64,000 bases of DNA from Klebsiella phage HMGUkp2. The notes below the pieces were generated by a model. That model searched no databases and was not told the DNA's origin. It saw only the letters and a program-made list of their open reading frames with translations. Every line of letters starts with the position of its first letter. The stretch's first letter is position 1. Positions 26,570 to 35,910 of the stretch are shown one piece after another. Where the stretch lies: sequence record PV683292.1; one strand, written 5' to 3'. The translations under genes and the position numbers were made by a program.

Positions 26570-27466
26570 ATGTTCAAACGTAAAAATCCTGCAGAACTTC
26601 AAGCTCAACTGGCCTCTCTGAAAGGTGGTTCTTCTTTCTCTTCCGATGATAAAGGTGAATGGAAACTGAAGACCGATAATACCGGTAACGGCTCTGCAGT
26701 AATTCGCTTCCTTCCTGGTAAAGGTGATGAAGGTCTTCCGTTCGTCAAACTGATTAACCACGGGTTCAAGAAAAATGGTAAATGGTACATCGAAAACTGT
26801 ACTTCTACCTACGGTGATTATGATTCTTGCCCAGTCTGTCAACACCTAAGCTCTAACGATTCGTATAACACCAACCCAGAAGAATATAAACTGCTTAAAC
26901 GCAAATCTTCTTATTGGGCTAATATTCTGGTTCTGAAAGATCCAGCTGCTCCAGAAAACGAAGGTAAGGTATTCAAATACCGTTTCGGTCAGAAAATCAT
27001 GGACAAAATTAACGCTGAGATCGAAGTTGATACTGATCTTGGTGAAGTTCCGGTTGATGTGACCTGCCCATTTGAAGGTAAGAACTTCAGCCTGAAAGTT
27101 AAGAAAGTTGGTGGTTTCACTAACTACGACGACTGTAAGTTTGGCGCTCAGTCTGAAATTCCTAACATCAATGATGAAGCCTACCAGAAAGAGCTTGATG
27201 CAGGTATGGTTCAGCTGAATGACATCGTGGCCAAAGACAAATTTAAGTCTTACGATGTAAACCATGCTAAATTCGTACAAATCATGGGTACTTCTCTGGT
27301 TGCCGGTAAAGCAGCAGCACAAGCTGATAAGCTCAGTGATGATCTTGATGCTTTTGATGCCGATATGGCGGCCTTTGATTCTAAACCTAAACAACAATCT
27401 GCTCCACTGAACACTTCGTCTTCTGATGACGATGGCGATCTGGACGATCTGTTAGCTGGTCTGTAA
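26570..27466 (+). CDS. 32: single-stranded DNA-binding protein gp32
   Basis: 298 aa. MFKRK…[12 protein letters not shown]…[11 protein letters not shown]…[26 protein letters not shown]… matches T4 gp32, including the acidic C-terminal tail. Confidence 0.95.
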   Translation: MFKRKNPAELQAQLASLKGGSSFSSDDKGEWKLKTDNTGNGSAVIRFLPGKGDEGLPFVKLINHGFKKNGKWYIENCTSTYGDYDSCPVCQHLSSNDSYNTNPEEYKLLKRKSSYWANILVLKDPAAPENEGKVFKYRFGQKIMDKINAEIEVDTDLGEVPVDVTCPFEGKNFSLKVKKVGGFTNYDDCKFGAQSEIPNINDEAYQKELDAGMVQLNDIVAKDKFKSYDVNHAKFVQIMGTSLVAGKAAAQADKLSDDLDAFDADMAAFDSKPKQQSAPLNTSSSDDDGDLDDLLAGL

Positions 27467-27474
27467 TACTTATC

Positions 27475-27498
27475 GGGAGACTTCGGTCTCCCTTTTTT
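27475..27498 (+). terminator. rho-independent terminator after gene 32
   Basis: GGGAGAC-UUCG-GUCUCCC followed by TTTTTT. Confidence 0.85.
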
Positions 27499-27536
27499 GC
27501 ATCCCGGGCCTATGAAAAGTAAAAGTTACATTAAGG

Positions 27537-27566
27537 GTTTACATTGGTTTTAATGTGTAGTATAGT
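27537..27566 (+). promoter_or_regulatory. early promoter
   Basis: GTTTAC(27537-27542), 18 nt, TAGTATAGT(27561-27566), then the ACUCACACACAAACAAA leader before ATG 27597. Confidence 0.6.
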
Positions 27567-27596
27567 ACTCACACACAAACAAACTGGGAGCTAAAC

Positions 27597-27830
27597 ATGG
27601 CTAAAGTAACTATTGACGTATTAGATGTTGAATATCTGAAAGAGATAGTAGAATCATTCAACGTAGTTATCGACAACATTGCTATCGACAAAATTACTAA
27701 TCAGCCTGGATGTTTGGAAGTCACAATTTCAGGATCAGCTGCCGATGTCGCCAACTTCATAGAAAATGAGTACTGTATGGGTATGGGTAAGGAAGATACA
27801 CTGTACTATTTGAGCACTATCGAAAATTAA
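27597..27830 (+). CDS. hypothetical protein (frd.3 position)
   Basis: 77-aa ORF directly after the early promoter at 27537-27566. Confidence 0.45.
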   Translation: MAKVTIDVLDVEYLKEIVESFNVVIDNIAIDKITNQPGCLEVTISGSAADVANFIENEYCMGMGKEDTLYYLSTIEN

Positions 27831-27831
27831 T

Positions 27832-27861
27832 GTTTACAGTGGTGTGGGTTCATGTTACTAT
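27832..27861 (+). promoter_or_regulatory. early promoter
   Basis: GTTTAC(27832-27837), 18 nt, TGTTACTAT(27856-27861), then CCUACACCAACAAGGAG…ATG(27888). Confidence 0.6.
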
Positions 27862-27887
27862 GTTCCTACACCAACAAGGAGAATAAA

Positions 27888-28166
27888 ATGAAACTTCAAC
27901 GTGAAAGCATTAAATTAGGTTCTGAATATCGTGGAAAATGGCAGTTCTGCATCTACGACAACAATCCTGAAGAATTAGAACGCGTTGAAGAAGCTCTGTG
28001 TGAAATGGATACCGGGTTCACTATGGGTGGTGAATCTCGTACTTGGAACGACTACTGTGACGGGTGCCCAAGCTACGAAGATGGGTTCGGTTCTGGTTTC
28101 TGGATCGATATCGACGATGTTCCTGCTTTCAAAGCAGCATTCAAACTTGCTAAGGCTAAGAAATGA
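27888..28166 (+). CDS. hypothetical protein (frd.2 position)
   Basis: ATG 27888 (MKLQRESIKLG…) follows the promoter/leader at 27832-27887. The track's 27852 start lies inside the promoter. Confidence 0.45.
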   Translation: MKLQRESIKLGSEYRGKWQFCIYDNNPEELERVEEALCEMDTGFTMGGESRTWNDYCDGCPSYEDGFGSGFWIDIDDVPAFKAAFKLAKAKK

Positions 28167-28258
28167 AGATTTTAACCGACTGGGAGTGTAAGTATTGCGG
28201 TGGCGGTCTATGGCAATTAGGCGGCCGTTGTTTTAAATGTGGAATGAGGCAAGGCTAA
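28163..28258 (+). CDS. 31-aa zinc-ribbon micro-protein (CxxC…CxxC)
   Basis: MKILTDWECKYCGGGLWQLGGRCFKCGMRQG read from the sequence. Start overlaps the upstream stop and the stop overlaps the frd ATG. Confidence 0.3.
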   Translation: MKILTDWECKYCGGGLWQLGGRCFKCGMRQG

Positions 28259-28863
28259 TGTTACAGGTCGTATTCGCTACGTGTGCAACTAAAACTGTCG
28301 AAGGTAATACTGAAATTGCTTTTGGGCTGAACGACGGGTTGCCTTGGGGCCATATTCGCCAGGATATGATTAACTTCCGGAATCGTACTAAAAATACTGT
28401 ACTGATTATGGGTGCCAAAACCTGGGAATCTCTAAATGCTCCTTTACCAGGACGTCGTTCTGTAGTAGTTATTAGCCCTGGTCGTGGTAAACCTAAAACT
28501 AAAAATGGTACTTCGCCTGATGAAATTATGTATCCGGATGAGTTCGCTTGCTTTTTAGAAGGCGATATTATTGTTACTTCTACGGCCACCTCAGATTATC
28601 CCTGGGACACTATAGTGGGCCGGAACACATACGATGTAAGTATTATTGGCGGTAAAGGTTTAATTGAGCAGGCGGTCCCTCATGCTGACCTGGTTGTACA
28701 TACTAGCATTATTAAGAAGCACCGTGTGAACTCAACTGTACAGATGACTCAAGAGTTCTTGAATACTCTTCCAATGACCCGTATGCTTAAAGAATCACAT
28801 TGGTACCAATGTGATGAGATGACTCAAATTACAGAATCTGTGTATGGTGAATTCCGTGGCTAA
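28258..28863 (+). CDS. frd: dihydrofolate reductase
   Basis: …FGLNDGLPWGHI…IMGAKTWESL…LPGRRSVV… matches the T4 Frd/DHFR pattern. Start taken at ATG 28258 (MLQVVFAT…). Confidence 0.88.
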   Translation: MLQVVFATCATKTVEGNTEIAFGLNDGLPWGHIRQDMINFRNRTKNTVLIMGAKTWESLNAPLPGRRSVVVISPGRGKPKTKNGTSPDEIMYPDEFACFLEGDIIVTSTATSDYPWDTIVGRNTYDVSIIGGKGLIEQAVPHADLVVHTSIIKKHRVNSTVQMTQEFLNTLPMTRMLKESHWYQCDEMTQITESVYGEFRG

Positions 28864-29179
28864 AATTTTTCTAGTTAAAGAAGATGTTATTCAGAAAAAG
28901 TGGCAACGCTTTAATATGAAGCATGGCATCTATAAACTTAAAGCTCCTCTAGAAGAGCTTTCTTCTGCATACGGAACAGAAACAACTGTCCGTCAAATCA
29001 AAGGGGCTCCGTCATTTACCCTAACTTACAAAATTGAGCAGTGGCTTAAAGCAGTCGAGCTTAAAAACATTGAAGTTAAAAACGGCGAAGCATCTATCTA
29101 CGGTAGATTTGTTAAACACGGCTCTAAGGTGTATTTTTCTCCTGAACACGAGAAATCATATGAAACTGACTTTACTTGA
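28844..29179 (+). CDS. hypothetical protein, paralog A of a tandem pair inserted between frd and td
   Basis: 111-aa ORF whose C-terminus GRFVKHGSKVYFSPE is repeated in the next ORF. The start is uncertain because it overlaps the frd 3' end. Confidence 0.4.
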   Translation: MVNSVAKIFLVKEDVIQKKWQRFNMKHGIYKLKAPLEELSSAYGTETTVRQIKGAPSFTLTYKIEQWLKAVELKNIEVKNGEASIYGRFVKHGSKVYFSPEHEKSYETDFT

Positions 29180-29513
29180 AGCTGATAAGGTCCAAAAGAA
29201 CTGGGCCTTGGTTATTGATGGTAACGCCCCTACTATAGAGCAATATAAACGTAACCCTGGCAAATATAATACAATCGAGCACGGTCTTTATCAGCTTGAG
29301 TTTGAACTAGACCCTAATGCTATTTGGAGCCGTGATGAAGGTATCCGTGTCAGGCTGGCGCCTGGTGTAGTTATTTCTGTTCTGATGAATACCAGATTCA
29401 CACTGGTATTAATTGCTAATGGAATTCTGCAGTATAATGGGTCTAAGTTCTCTATTACCGGACGGTTCGTTAAACAGGGCTCAGAAATTAATTTTAAACC
29501 TTGCGCAGAGTAA
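29159..29513 (+). CDS. hypothetical protein, paralog B of the tandem pair
   Basis: About 118 aa from ATG 29159 (MKLTLLEADKVQKNW…GRFVKQGSEINFKP). Shares N- and C-terminal motifs with paralog A. Confidence 0.4.
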
Positions 29514-29517
29514 AATA

Positions 29518-29724
29518 ATGAGCAATAAACTTAAAGTTAAAGATGTACCTAGTGCAATGGTACTTTTTATTTGTCGGCAGATGCATCAAGGGCCGATGAC
29601 TCCTCGCCAGCATAATAAAGGTGAGCGTTCTCTAGGGTTCACTAAAAAAGCAAAACAAATGATTAAGTTAGGATACAAGCCAAAATATCCTCGTTATGAA
29701 TCTTCTTATTCCTGGATGGACTAA
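29518..29724 (+). CDS. hypothetical small basic protein
   Basis: 68-aa ORF (MSNKLKVKDVPSAM…) whose stop overlaps the td ATG. Confidence 0.35.
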   Translation: MSNKLKVKDVPSAMVLFICRQMHQGPMTPRQHNKGERSLGFTKKAKQMIKLGYKPKYPRYESSYSWMD

Positions 29725-30272
29725 TGAAACAATACCAAGATCTAATTAAACACATTCTTACTGATGGTTATGACACTGATGACCGTACCGGAACTGGAAC
29801 ACGCGCCGTCTTCGGCACGAAGATTCGATTTGATTTAACACGTGGGTTCCCGGCAGTAACAAGTAAAAAACTGGCTTGGAAAGCTTGTATCTCTGAGCTG
29901 CTTTGGTTCTTGTCAGGCTCTACTAATGTTGATGATCTTCGTGAACGTACACACGGTTCTCGAGATGAAGGCAAAACTATTTGGGACGAGAACTATGAGA
30001 CCCAAGCCCGTCAACTAGGTTATATGGACGGTGCTTTAGGCCCTGTTTATGGCAAGCAATGGCGTGATTTTGGCGGTATTGATCAGTTAAAATTAATCAT
30101 TGATCGTATTAAGCAGATGCCTACTGACCGACGTCAGATTGTTTCTGCTTGGAACCCGGCAGAAATTGATAAGATGGCGCTTCCGCCATGCCACTGTTTT
30201 TATCAATTCAACGTTCGTAATGGGTACCTTGACCTACAATGGTATCAACGTTCTGTTGACGTGTTCTTAGGT
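29724..30272 (+). CDS. td: thymidylate synthase, exon 1
   Basis: 183 aa ending …YQRSVDVFLG, the classical T4 td exon 1 end. Coding continues at 31289 after the intron. Confidence 0.92.
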
Positions 30273-31288
30273 TAATTTAGGCCTGGGTATAAGGTGACTT
30301 ATACTTGTAATCTATCTAAACGGGGAACCTCTCTAGTAGACAATCCCGTGCTAAATTGTAGGACTACCCTTTAATAAATACCTCTGTAATTAAGAGGTGA
30401 TTATGAAAAGCGGAATTTATCAGATTAAAAACACTTTAAATGGTAAAGTGTATGTTGGAAGTGCTAAAGATTTTGAGAAAAGATGGAAGAGGCATTTTAA
30501 AGACCTTGAAAATGGTGTTCACTCTTCTATAAAATTTCAAAGATCTTTTAATAAACATGGTAATGTTTTTGAATGCTCTATACTGGAAGAAATTCCATAT
30601 GAGAAAGATTTGATTATTGAACGAGAAAATTTTTGGATTAACGAGCTAAATTCTAAAATTAATGGATATAATATTGCTGACGCATCTTTTGGTGATGTAC
30701 TTTCAAATCATCCATTAAAGAAAGAAATTGTTAAGAAACGAGCTGAAACGGTTAAAGCTAAGATGCTTAAGCTTGGTCCTGACGGTCGGAAAGCTCTTTA
30801 TGGTAAACATAGGAGCAAAAATGGACGATGGAATCCAGAAAACCATAAGTTTTGTAAATGCGGTGTTCGTATACTGATGTCAGCCAATACTTGTGGAAAG
30901 TGCCGAAAACGTTCAGGTGAAAATAATCCATTCTTTAATCATAAACATTCAGAAGAATTTAAAAAGGAACAATCCAAAAGAATGAAAGGAAAAAAGCCAG
31001 CTAACATCAAAAAGATTTCGTGTGATGGGATTATTTTTGAATGCGCGGCTGACGCAGCTAGACATTTTGAAATTTCAGCTGGATTGGTTACTTACCGTGT
31101 AAAATCTGATAAGTGGAACTGGTTTTACATAAATGCCTAACGACTATCCCTTTAGGGAGTAGGGTCAAGTGACTCGAAACGATAGACAACTTCGTTTTAA
31201 GAAGTTGGAGATATAGTCTGCTCTGCATGGCGACATGCAGCTGGATATAATTCCGGGATAAGATTAACGACCTTATCTGAACATAATG
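30273..31288 (+). mobile_element. group I (IA2) self-splicing intron of td, 1016 nt, carrying the I-TevI gene
   Basis: The 5' end TAATTGAGGCCTGGGTATAAGGTGACTTATACTTGTAATCTATCTAAACGGGG… and the 3' end …CCGGGATAAGATTAACGACCTTATCTGAACATAATG match the T4 td intron. The length is identical, and the exon junction restores the TS reading frame. Confidence 0.9.
30403..31140 (+). CDS. I-TevI: GIY-YIG homing endonuclease I-TevI (intron-encoded)
   Basis: 245 aa. MKSGIYQIKNTLNGKVYVGSAKDFEKRWKRHFKDLE… is near-identical to T4 I-TevI and includes the C-terminal zinc finger and DNA-binding domain. Confidence 0.93.
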   Translation: MKSGIYQIKNTLNGKVYVGSAKDFEKRWKRHFKDLENGVHSSIKFQRSFNKHGNVFECSILEEIPYEKDLIIERENFWINELNSKINGYNIADASFGDVLSNHPLKKEIVKKRAETVKAKMLKLGPDGRKALYGKHRSKNGRWNPENHKFCKCGVRILMSANTCGKCRKRSGENNPFFNHKHSEEFKKEQSKRMKGKKPANIKKISCDGIIFECAADAARHFEISAGLVTYRVKSDKWNWFYINA

Positions 31289-31600
31289 CTACCGTTTAAT
31301 ATTGCCTCGTACGCCGCTCTTGTGCATATTGTTGCTAAGATGTGTAATCTTATTCCTGGCGACCTCGTGTTCTCAGGCGGCAATACGCATATCTATATGA
31401 ACCATATGGAACAGTGCGAAGAAGTTCTGAGACGTGAACCTAAAGAACTTTGTAACTTAGAAATTACCTGGCCTAGTAATTTTGAAAACTGGCCAACAGA
31501 AACTCAATTAGATTGGGTCACCACATCTATGACTCATAAAGACTTCAAACTTCAAGGGTACAAAAGTCACCCAGCTATCACAGCTAAGATGGCGGTATGA
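31289..31600 (+). CDS. td: thymidylate synthase, exon 2
   Basis: LPFNIASYAALVHIVAKMCNLIPGDLVFSGGNTHIYMNH… continues exon 1 in frame. The spliced product is 286 aa. Confidence 0.92.
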   Translation, partial: LPFNIASYAALVHIVAKMCNLIPGDLVFSGGNTHIYMNHMEQCEEVLRREPKELCNLEITWPSNFENWPTETQLDWVTTSMTHKDFKLQGYKSHPAITAKMAV

Positions 31601-31821
31601 TTAAACGAAAAGACACTAACACTGGTGATAAGCTTCAGCAGGTTAAAATAGAATTAGTTACCGATAACCACTGGGAGAAAATCCAAGCAGTGGTTTATCC
31701 TAACTACTGTAACAGAATTCGTCTTAAGATGAATACTCCTGGGCTTGGTTTTGAAATTGATAAAGACCATGCTCGTTCTTTAATCGAAGTTCTAGAAGCT
31801 GCATTAAGGGCCTGTGAATGA
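31597..31821 (+). CDS. hypothetical protein
   Basis: 74-aa ORF overlapping the td stop. Confidence 0.4.
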   Translation: MIKRKDTNTGDKLQQVKIELVTDNHWEKIQAVVYPNYCNRIRLKMNTPGLGFEIDKDHARSLIEVLEAALRACE

Positions 31822-32024
31822 ATATCCGATTTGTCCGTAATAGGCACCAATCTAAAACTATATTAGGAGAAATGTTTGATACGTCTCCTATTGAGCTACC
31901 TGAGATTAACGATACTGTGGTTTTTGATAAAACAGAGCAAAGAGTCCTGTCTATTACTAAATCATACGAATGGTCTATAGGTAAAAGTGAATTAATTTGC
32001 TGGTTCGAAGTTGATATCACATGA
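31818..32024 (+). CDS. hypothetical protein
   Basis: 68-aa ORF with overlapping stop/start. Confidence 0.4.
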   Translation: MNIRFVRNRHQSKTILGEMFDTSPIELPEINDTVVFDKTEQRVLSITKSYEWSIGKSELICWFEVDIT

Positions 32025-32320
32025 AGATCTGCCGTGTAGTGAATAAATACCACTCCGACTTCGATGTAAACATTCATCGAGGTACTATGTGGGGGAACGA
32101 GGTAGGTAAGAATGCTGGCAGTCGTGAGGCTGCCATTCTTGCATTTAAGAAAGAGTTTTATAATAAACTCAGAACCGGAGTAATCAAAAAGGAACATCTT
32201 GAGACTTTACGTGGAATGCGTCTAGGATGCACATGTAAACCTAAGCCATGTCATGGTGATATAATTGCTCAGGTGGTTAACAAATTATTCAAAGATGAAT
32301 TCACTATAGAGGATCTATGA
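32021..32320 (+). CDS. hypothetical protein with a C-terminal GCTCKPKPCHGD motif (DUF4326-like)
   Basis: 99-aa ORF. The Cys/His motif is typical of a small domain found in many phages. Confidence 0.4.
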   Translation: MKICRVVNKYHSDFDVNIHRGTMWGNEVGKNAGSREAAILAFKKEFYNKLRTGVIKKEHLETLRGMRLGCTCKPKPCHGDIIAQVVNKLFKDEFTIEDL

Positions 32321-34572
32321 ACGTAGTAAAATCCAGCGGCTGCAGCCAAGTTTTCACTCCAAATAAAATTATCCAAGTTCTTACTTGGGCTACAGCTAAT
32401 ACCTCAGTAGACCCGTACGAATTGTACGAGCGAATTAAGCCTTATATTGTTGACAACATGAGTACTCGCGATATCCAAATCGCTTGTGTTAAAGTTGCTG
32501 CTAACAGTATCTCTATTAATGAACCGGACTATCAATATGTTGCTTCTAATCTGGCTATGTTTGCGCTCCGCAAAGATGTATACGGTCAGTTCGAGCCTCC
32601 CGCGTTCATTGATCATATCACTCGTGTTGTTAACGAAGGTCTATATGACACGGAAATCTTGTCTAAGTACTCAGCAGAAGAGATCGGTTATCTTGATACC
32701 ATTATCGACCACAACCGAGATTTCGAACTGACTTATGCAGGGACTATGCAGCTTAAAGAGAAATATCTCGTTAAGAACCGTAGTACAGGTGTAATCTATG
32801 AAACGCCGCAGTTTGCCTTTATGCTGATCGGTATGTGTCTGCACCAAGATGAACCTACTGATCGTTTGCTGCACGTTGTTCGTTTCTACCATGCAGTAAG
32901 TAAACGCCAGATCTCTTTGCCAACTCCGATTATGGCTGGTGTTCGTACTCCGACACGGCAGTTTAGTTCTTGCGTGGTTATTGAAGCAGGCGATTCTTTA
33001 GATAGCATTAATGAAGCCGCTAACTCGATCATCAAGTATATTTCTAAACGTGCCGGTATTGGAATCAATGGTGGCATGATTCGTGCTGAAGGTTCTAAGA
33101 TCGGCGCAGGCGAAGTCAAGCATACTGGTGTTATTCCATTCTGGAAACACTTCCAGACTGCAGTGAAATCCTGTTCTCAGGGTGGCGTTCGTGGTGGCGC
33201 GGCTACTATGTACTATCCGATGTGGCACTTAGAAGTTGAAAACCTACTTGTTCTGAAGAACAATAAAGGTATCGATGAGAACCGCATTCGTCATATGGAC
33301 TACGGCCTTCAGATCGGTGACCTGATGATTGAACGCCTTCTGAATGATGATTACATTACTTTGTTCAGTCCAGATATTGCAAACGGTGAACTGTACACTT
33401 CTTATTTCGGCGACCCAGAAAAATTCAAACACCTGTACGAGTCATTAGAAAAGAACCCAGCGGTTCGTAAGAAACGCATCAAGGCTCTTGAACTGTGGGA
33501 ACTGTTCTTTACAGAACGTGCTGGTACAGCAAGGATCTATCCGTTCTTTAACGATAACGTTAATAAACACGGTCCGTTTATTCCTGAGATTGCTCCTGTT
33601 AAGCAGAGCAACCTTTGTTGTGAAATTGCATTGCCTACTAAGGACGTTGGTGGCGATGATCCGGAAGTAGCTCTCTGTACTCTGGCCGCATTTGTATTAG
33701 ATAACTTTGATTATCAAGACCAAGATGAAGTGAATACTCTAGCTGAAATCATGGTTCGTGCACTTGACAATCTTTTAGATTACCAGAGTTATCCTGTTCA
33801 TCAGGCTCTGAAAGCTAAAAAGCGCCGTGCATTAGGTATTGGTGTAACGAACTATGCCGGGTTCCTTGCTTCTAACTTTGCTACTTATGATGATGCTAAT
33901 GATTTAACTCATGAACTATTTGAACGGCTTCAATTCGGACTTATTACAGCATCAGTTAAACTGGCCAAAGAAAAAGGTCGCTGTGATTATTTCGAAGAAA
34001 CTCGCTGGTCCCGTGGTGAACTGCCGATTGACTGGTACAACAAACGCGTTGACACCGTTGTGGCGCCGAACTATGTTTGTGACTGGGCGTCGTTGCGGGA
34101 AGACTTGGTTAAGTACGGTATTCGTAACAGCACCCTTTCTGCATTAATGCCATGCGAATCATCTAGCCAGGTATCCAACTCTACTAACGGTATTGAGCCT
34201 CCGCGCGGCCCGGTAAGTGTTAAAGAATCTAAAGAAGGTTCATTTAACCAGGTCGTGCCGAATATCGAACACAACATCGATTTGTACGATTATCTGTGGC
34301 GCATGACCAAACGTGGTATGAGAGGTTACTTGACACAAGCGGCTATTATGCAGAAGTTTGTTTGTCAAAGTATTTCTACCAACTTTAGTTACGACCCGGC
34401 GGTGTTCCCTAAAGGCAAGGTTCCTATGTCTGTGATGATCCGTGATATGTTGTATTTTTGGTCTCTTGGCGGTAAGACTGCTTATTACCATAATACTCGT
34501 GATGGGTCCGGTACAGATGATTATGAAATTGAACAGCCTTCAGCAGAAGAATGTTCGTCCTGTAAGTTGTAG
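32317..34572 (+). CDS. nrdA: aerobic ribonucleotide reductase large subunit
   Basis: 751 aa (T4 NrdA is 754 aa). N-terminal ATP-cone, and the catalytic-core motifs NLCCEIALP and CESSSQ match a class Ia RNR alpha subunit. Confidence 0.92.
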   Translation: MNVVKSSGCSQVFTPNKIIQVLTWATANTSVDPYELYERIKPYIVDNMSTRDIQIACVKVAANSISINEPDYQYVASNLAMFALRKDVYGQFEPPAFIDHITRVVNEGLYDTEILSKYSAEEIGYLDTIIDHNRDFELTYAGTMQLKEKYLVKNRSTGVIYETPQFAFMLIGMCLHQDEPTDRLLHVVRFYHAVSKRQISLPTPIMAGVRTPTRQFSSCVVIEAGDSLDSINEAANSIIKYISKRAGIGINGGMIRAEGSKIGAGEVKHTGVIPFWKHFQTAVKSCSQGGVRGGAATMYYPMWHLEVENLLVLKNNKGIDENRIRHMDYGLQIGDLMIERLLNDDYITLFSPDIANGELYTSYFGDPEKFKHLYESLEKNPAVRKKRIKALELWELFFTERAGTARIYPFFNDNVNKHGPFIPEIAPVKQSNLCCEIALPTKDVGGDDPEVALCTLAAFVLDNFDYQDQDEVNTLAEIMVRALDNLLDYQSYPVHQALKAKKRRALGIGVTNYAGFLASNFATYDDANDLTHELFERLQFGLITASVKLAKEKGRCDYFEETRWSRGELPIDWYNKRVDTVVAPNYVCDWASLREDLVKYGIRNSTLSALMPCESSSQVSNSTNGIEPPRGPVSVKESKEGSFNQVVPNIEHNIDLYDYLWRMTKRGMRGYLTQAAIMQKFVCQSISTNFSYDPAVFPKGKVPMSVMIRDMLYFWSLGGKTAYYHNTRDGSGTDDYEIEQPSAEECSSCKL

Positions 34573-34740
34573 TATAGTACTTGCACGAATTATCAAAAAT
34601 ATATGATAGCTTAGTGGAGGGGCTTTACGCCCCTCCCTTCATCGCCTGCTGAGTATCCACAGTGCTGGCACTGCGGTAAAAATTAACAAAGGTAATGCTC
34701 TTCGTTGGCATTATGATAAATGCAAATTCAAGGATTCTAA

Positions 34741-35883
34741 ATGACAACAGTTTTTAACACCAAGCAAGTAGATATCATGACCGAACCGATGTTCCTTGGT
34801 TCAGGACTAGGTATTGCACGATATGATCAGCAGCGACACAAAGTTTTTGAAGACCTTATTGAAAAGCAGTTATCATTTTTTTGGCGTCCAGAAGAAGTCA
34901 ACCTAATGATGGACCGAGGACAATTTGAAAAGCTGCCGGAACACCAACAGAACCTGTTTACAGATAACCTGAAGTATCAAAGTCTTCTCGATTCAATTCA
35001 AGGCCGGGCACCTTCAGCAGTATTTGCTCCGCTGATTTCTGATCCGAGCCTTGATACTTGGTTCCAGACCTGGACATTCAGTGAAACAATTCACTCTCGT
35101 TCTTATACGCATATTATGCGTAACTTATTCACTGATCCGGCTAAAGTCTTCGACGAAATTGTTCTCGACAAAGCCATCATGAAACGGGCTGAATCAATCG
35201 GTGTTTACTATGATGCTGTTACTGAAGCTCATCGTCGGTATCAGAATGCTCAAGAACGTTGCTTTAATCCAAATAATATTGAGATTAAACAAGCTAAACA
35301 TGATCTGATGAAGGCAATGTACCTTTGCATGCATGTAGTGAACGCTCTTGAAGCTATTCGCTTCTATGTTTCTTTTGCCTGTACATTTAATTTCCATAAG
35401 AACATGGAAATCATGGAAGGCAATGCTAAGATTATGAAGTTCATCGCCCGTGATGAACAGCTTCACCTGAAAGGAACCCAGTACCAGATTCGTCAATGGC
35501 AACTTGGTACTGATGGCGACGAATGGGTCCAAGTAGCAAAAGAATGTGAAGAAGAAGCTGTTCGTATCTTCATGGAAGTTAATCAGCAGGAAAAAGACTG
35601 GGCCATCCATCTTTTCCGTGCTGGAGGTCTTCCAGGGCTTAATGTTGAGATTTTACACAAGTTTATTGATTATCTTACTGTTTCTCGTATGAAGGCTGTC
35701 GGGCTGCCATGCTCTATCGTTCTTGAAAGTACTCACCATCCTATTCCATGGATTCGAGAATACTTAAATAGTGATACAGTACAATCCGCCCCACAAGAAG
35801 TAGAAATCTCTTCTTATCTTGTAGCCCAAATCGATAACGATGTGGATTCTGAAGTACTGGCCAGAATTCGCAAATCTTTATAA
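34741..35883 (+). CDS. nrdB: ribonucleotide reductase small subunit, uninterrupted with no intron
   Basis: 380-aa continuous ORF with di-iron/tyrosyl radical motifs (…WTFSETIHSRSY…). No intron is present, unlike T4 nrdB. Confidence 0.9.
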   Translation: MTTVFNTKQVDIMTEPMFLGSGLGIARYDQQRHKVFEDLIEKQLSFFWRPEEVNLMMDRGQFEKLPEHQQNLFTDNLKYQSLLDSIQGRAPSAVFAPLISDPSLDTWFQTWTFSETIHSRSYTHIMRNLFTDPAKVFDEIVLDKAIMKRAESIGVYYDAVTEAHRRYQNAQERCFNPNNIEIKQAKHDLMKAMYLCMHVVNALEAIRFYVSFACTFNFHKNMEIMEGNAKIMKFIARDEQLHLKGTQYQIRQWQLGTDGDEWVQVAKECEEEAVRIFMEVNQQEKDWAIHLFRAGGLPGLNVEILHKFIDYLTVSRMKAVGLPCSIVLESTHHPIPWIREYLNSDTVQSAPQEVEISSYLVAQIDNDVDSEVLARIRKSL

Positions 35884-35889
35884 GGATAG

Positions 35890-35908
35890 GGGCTTCGGCC
35901 CCTTTGTT
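35890..35908 (+). terminator. UUCG hairpin after nrdB
   Basis: GGGGC-UUCG-GCCCC followed by TTTGTT. Confidence 0.55.
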
Positions 35909-35910
35909 AT

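Noticed and set aside
34600-34740. Possible group I intron upstream of or within nrdB, by analogy to T4
   Set aside because: nrdB is one uninterrupted 380-aa ORF with all conserved motifs. The upstream 170 nt hold a hairpin (GGAGGGGC…GCCCCTCC) and a promoter-like sequence only.
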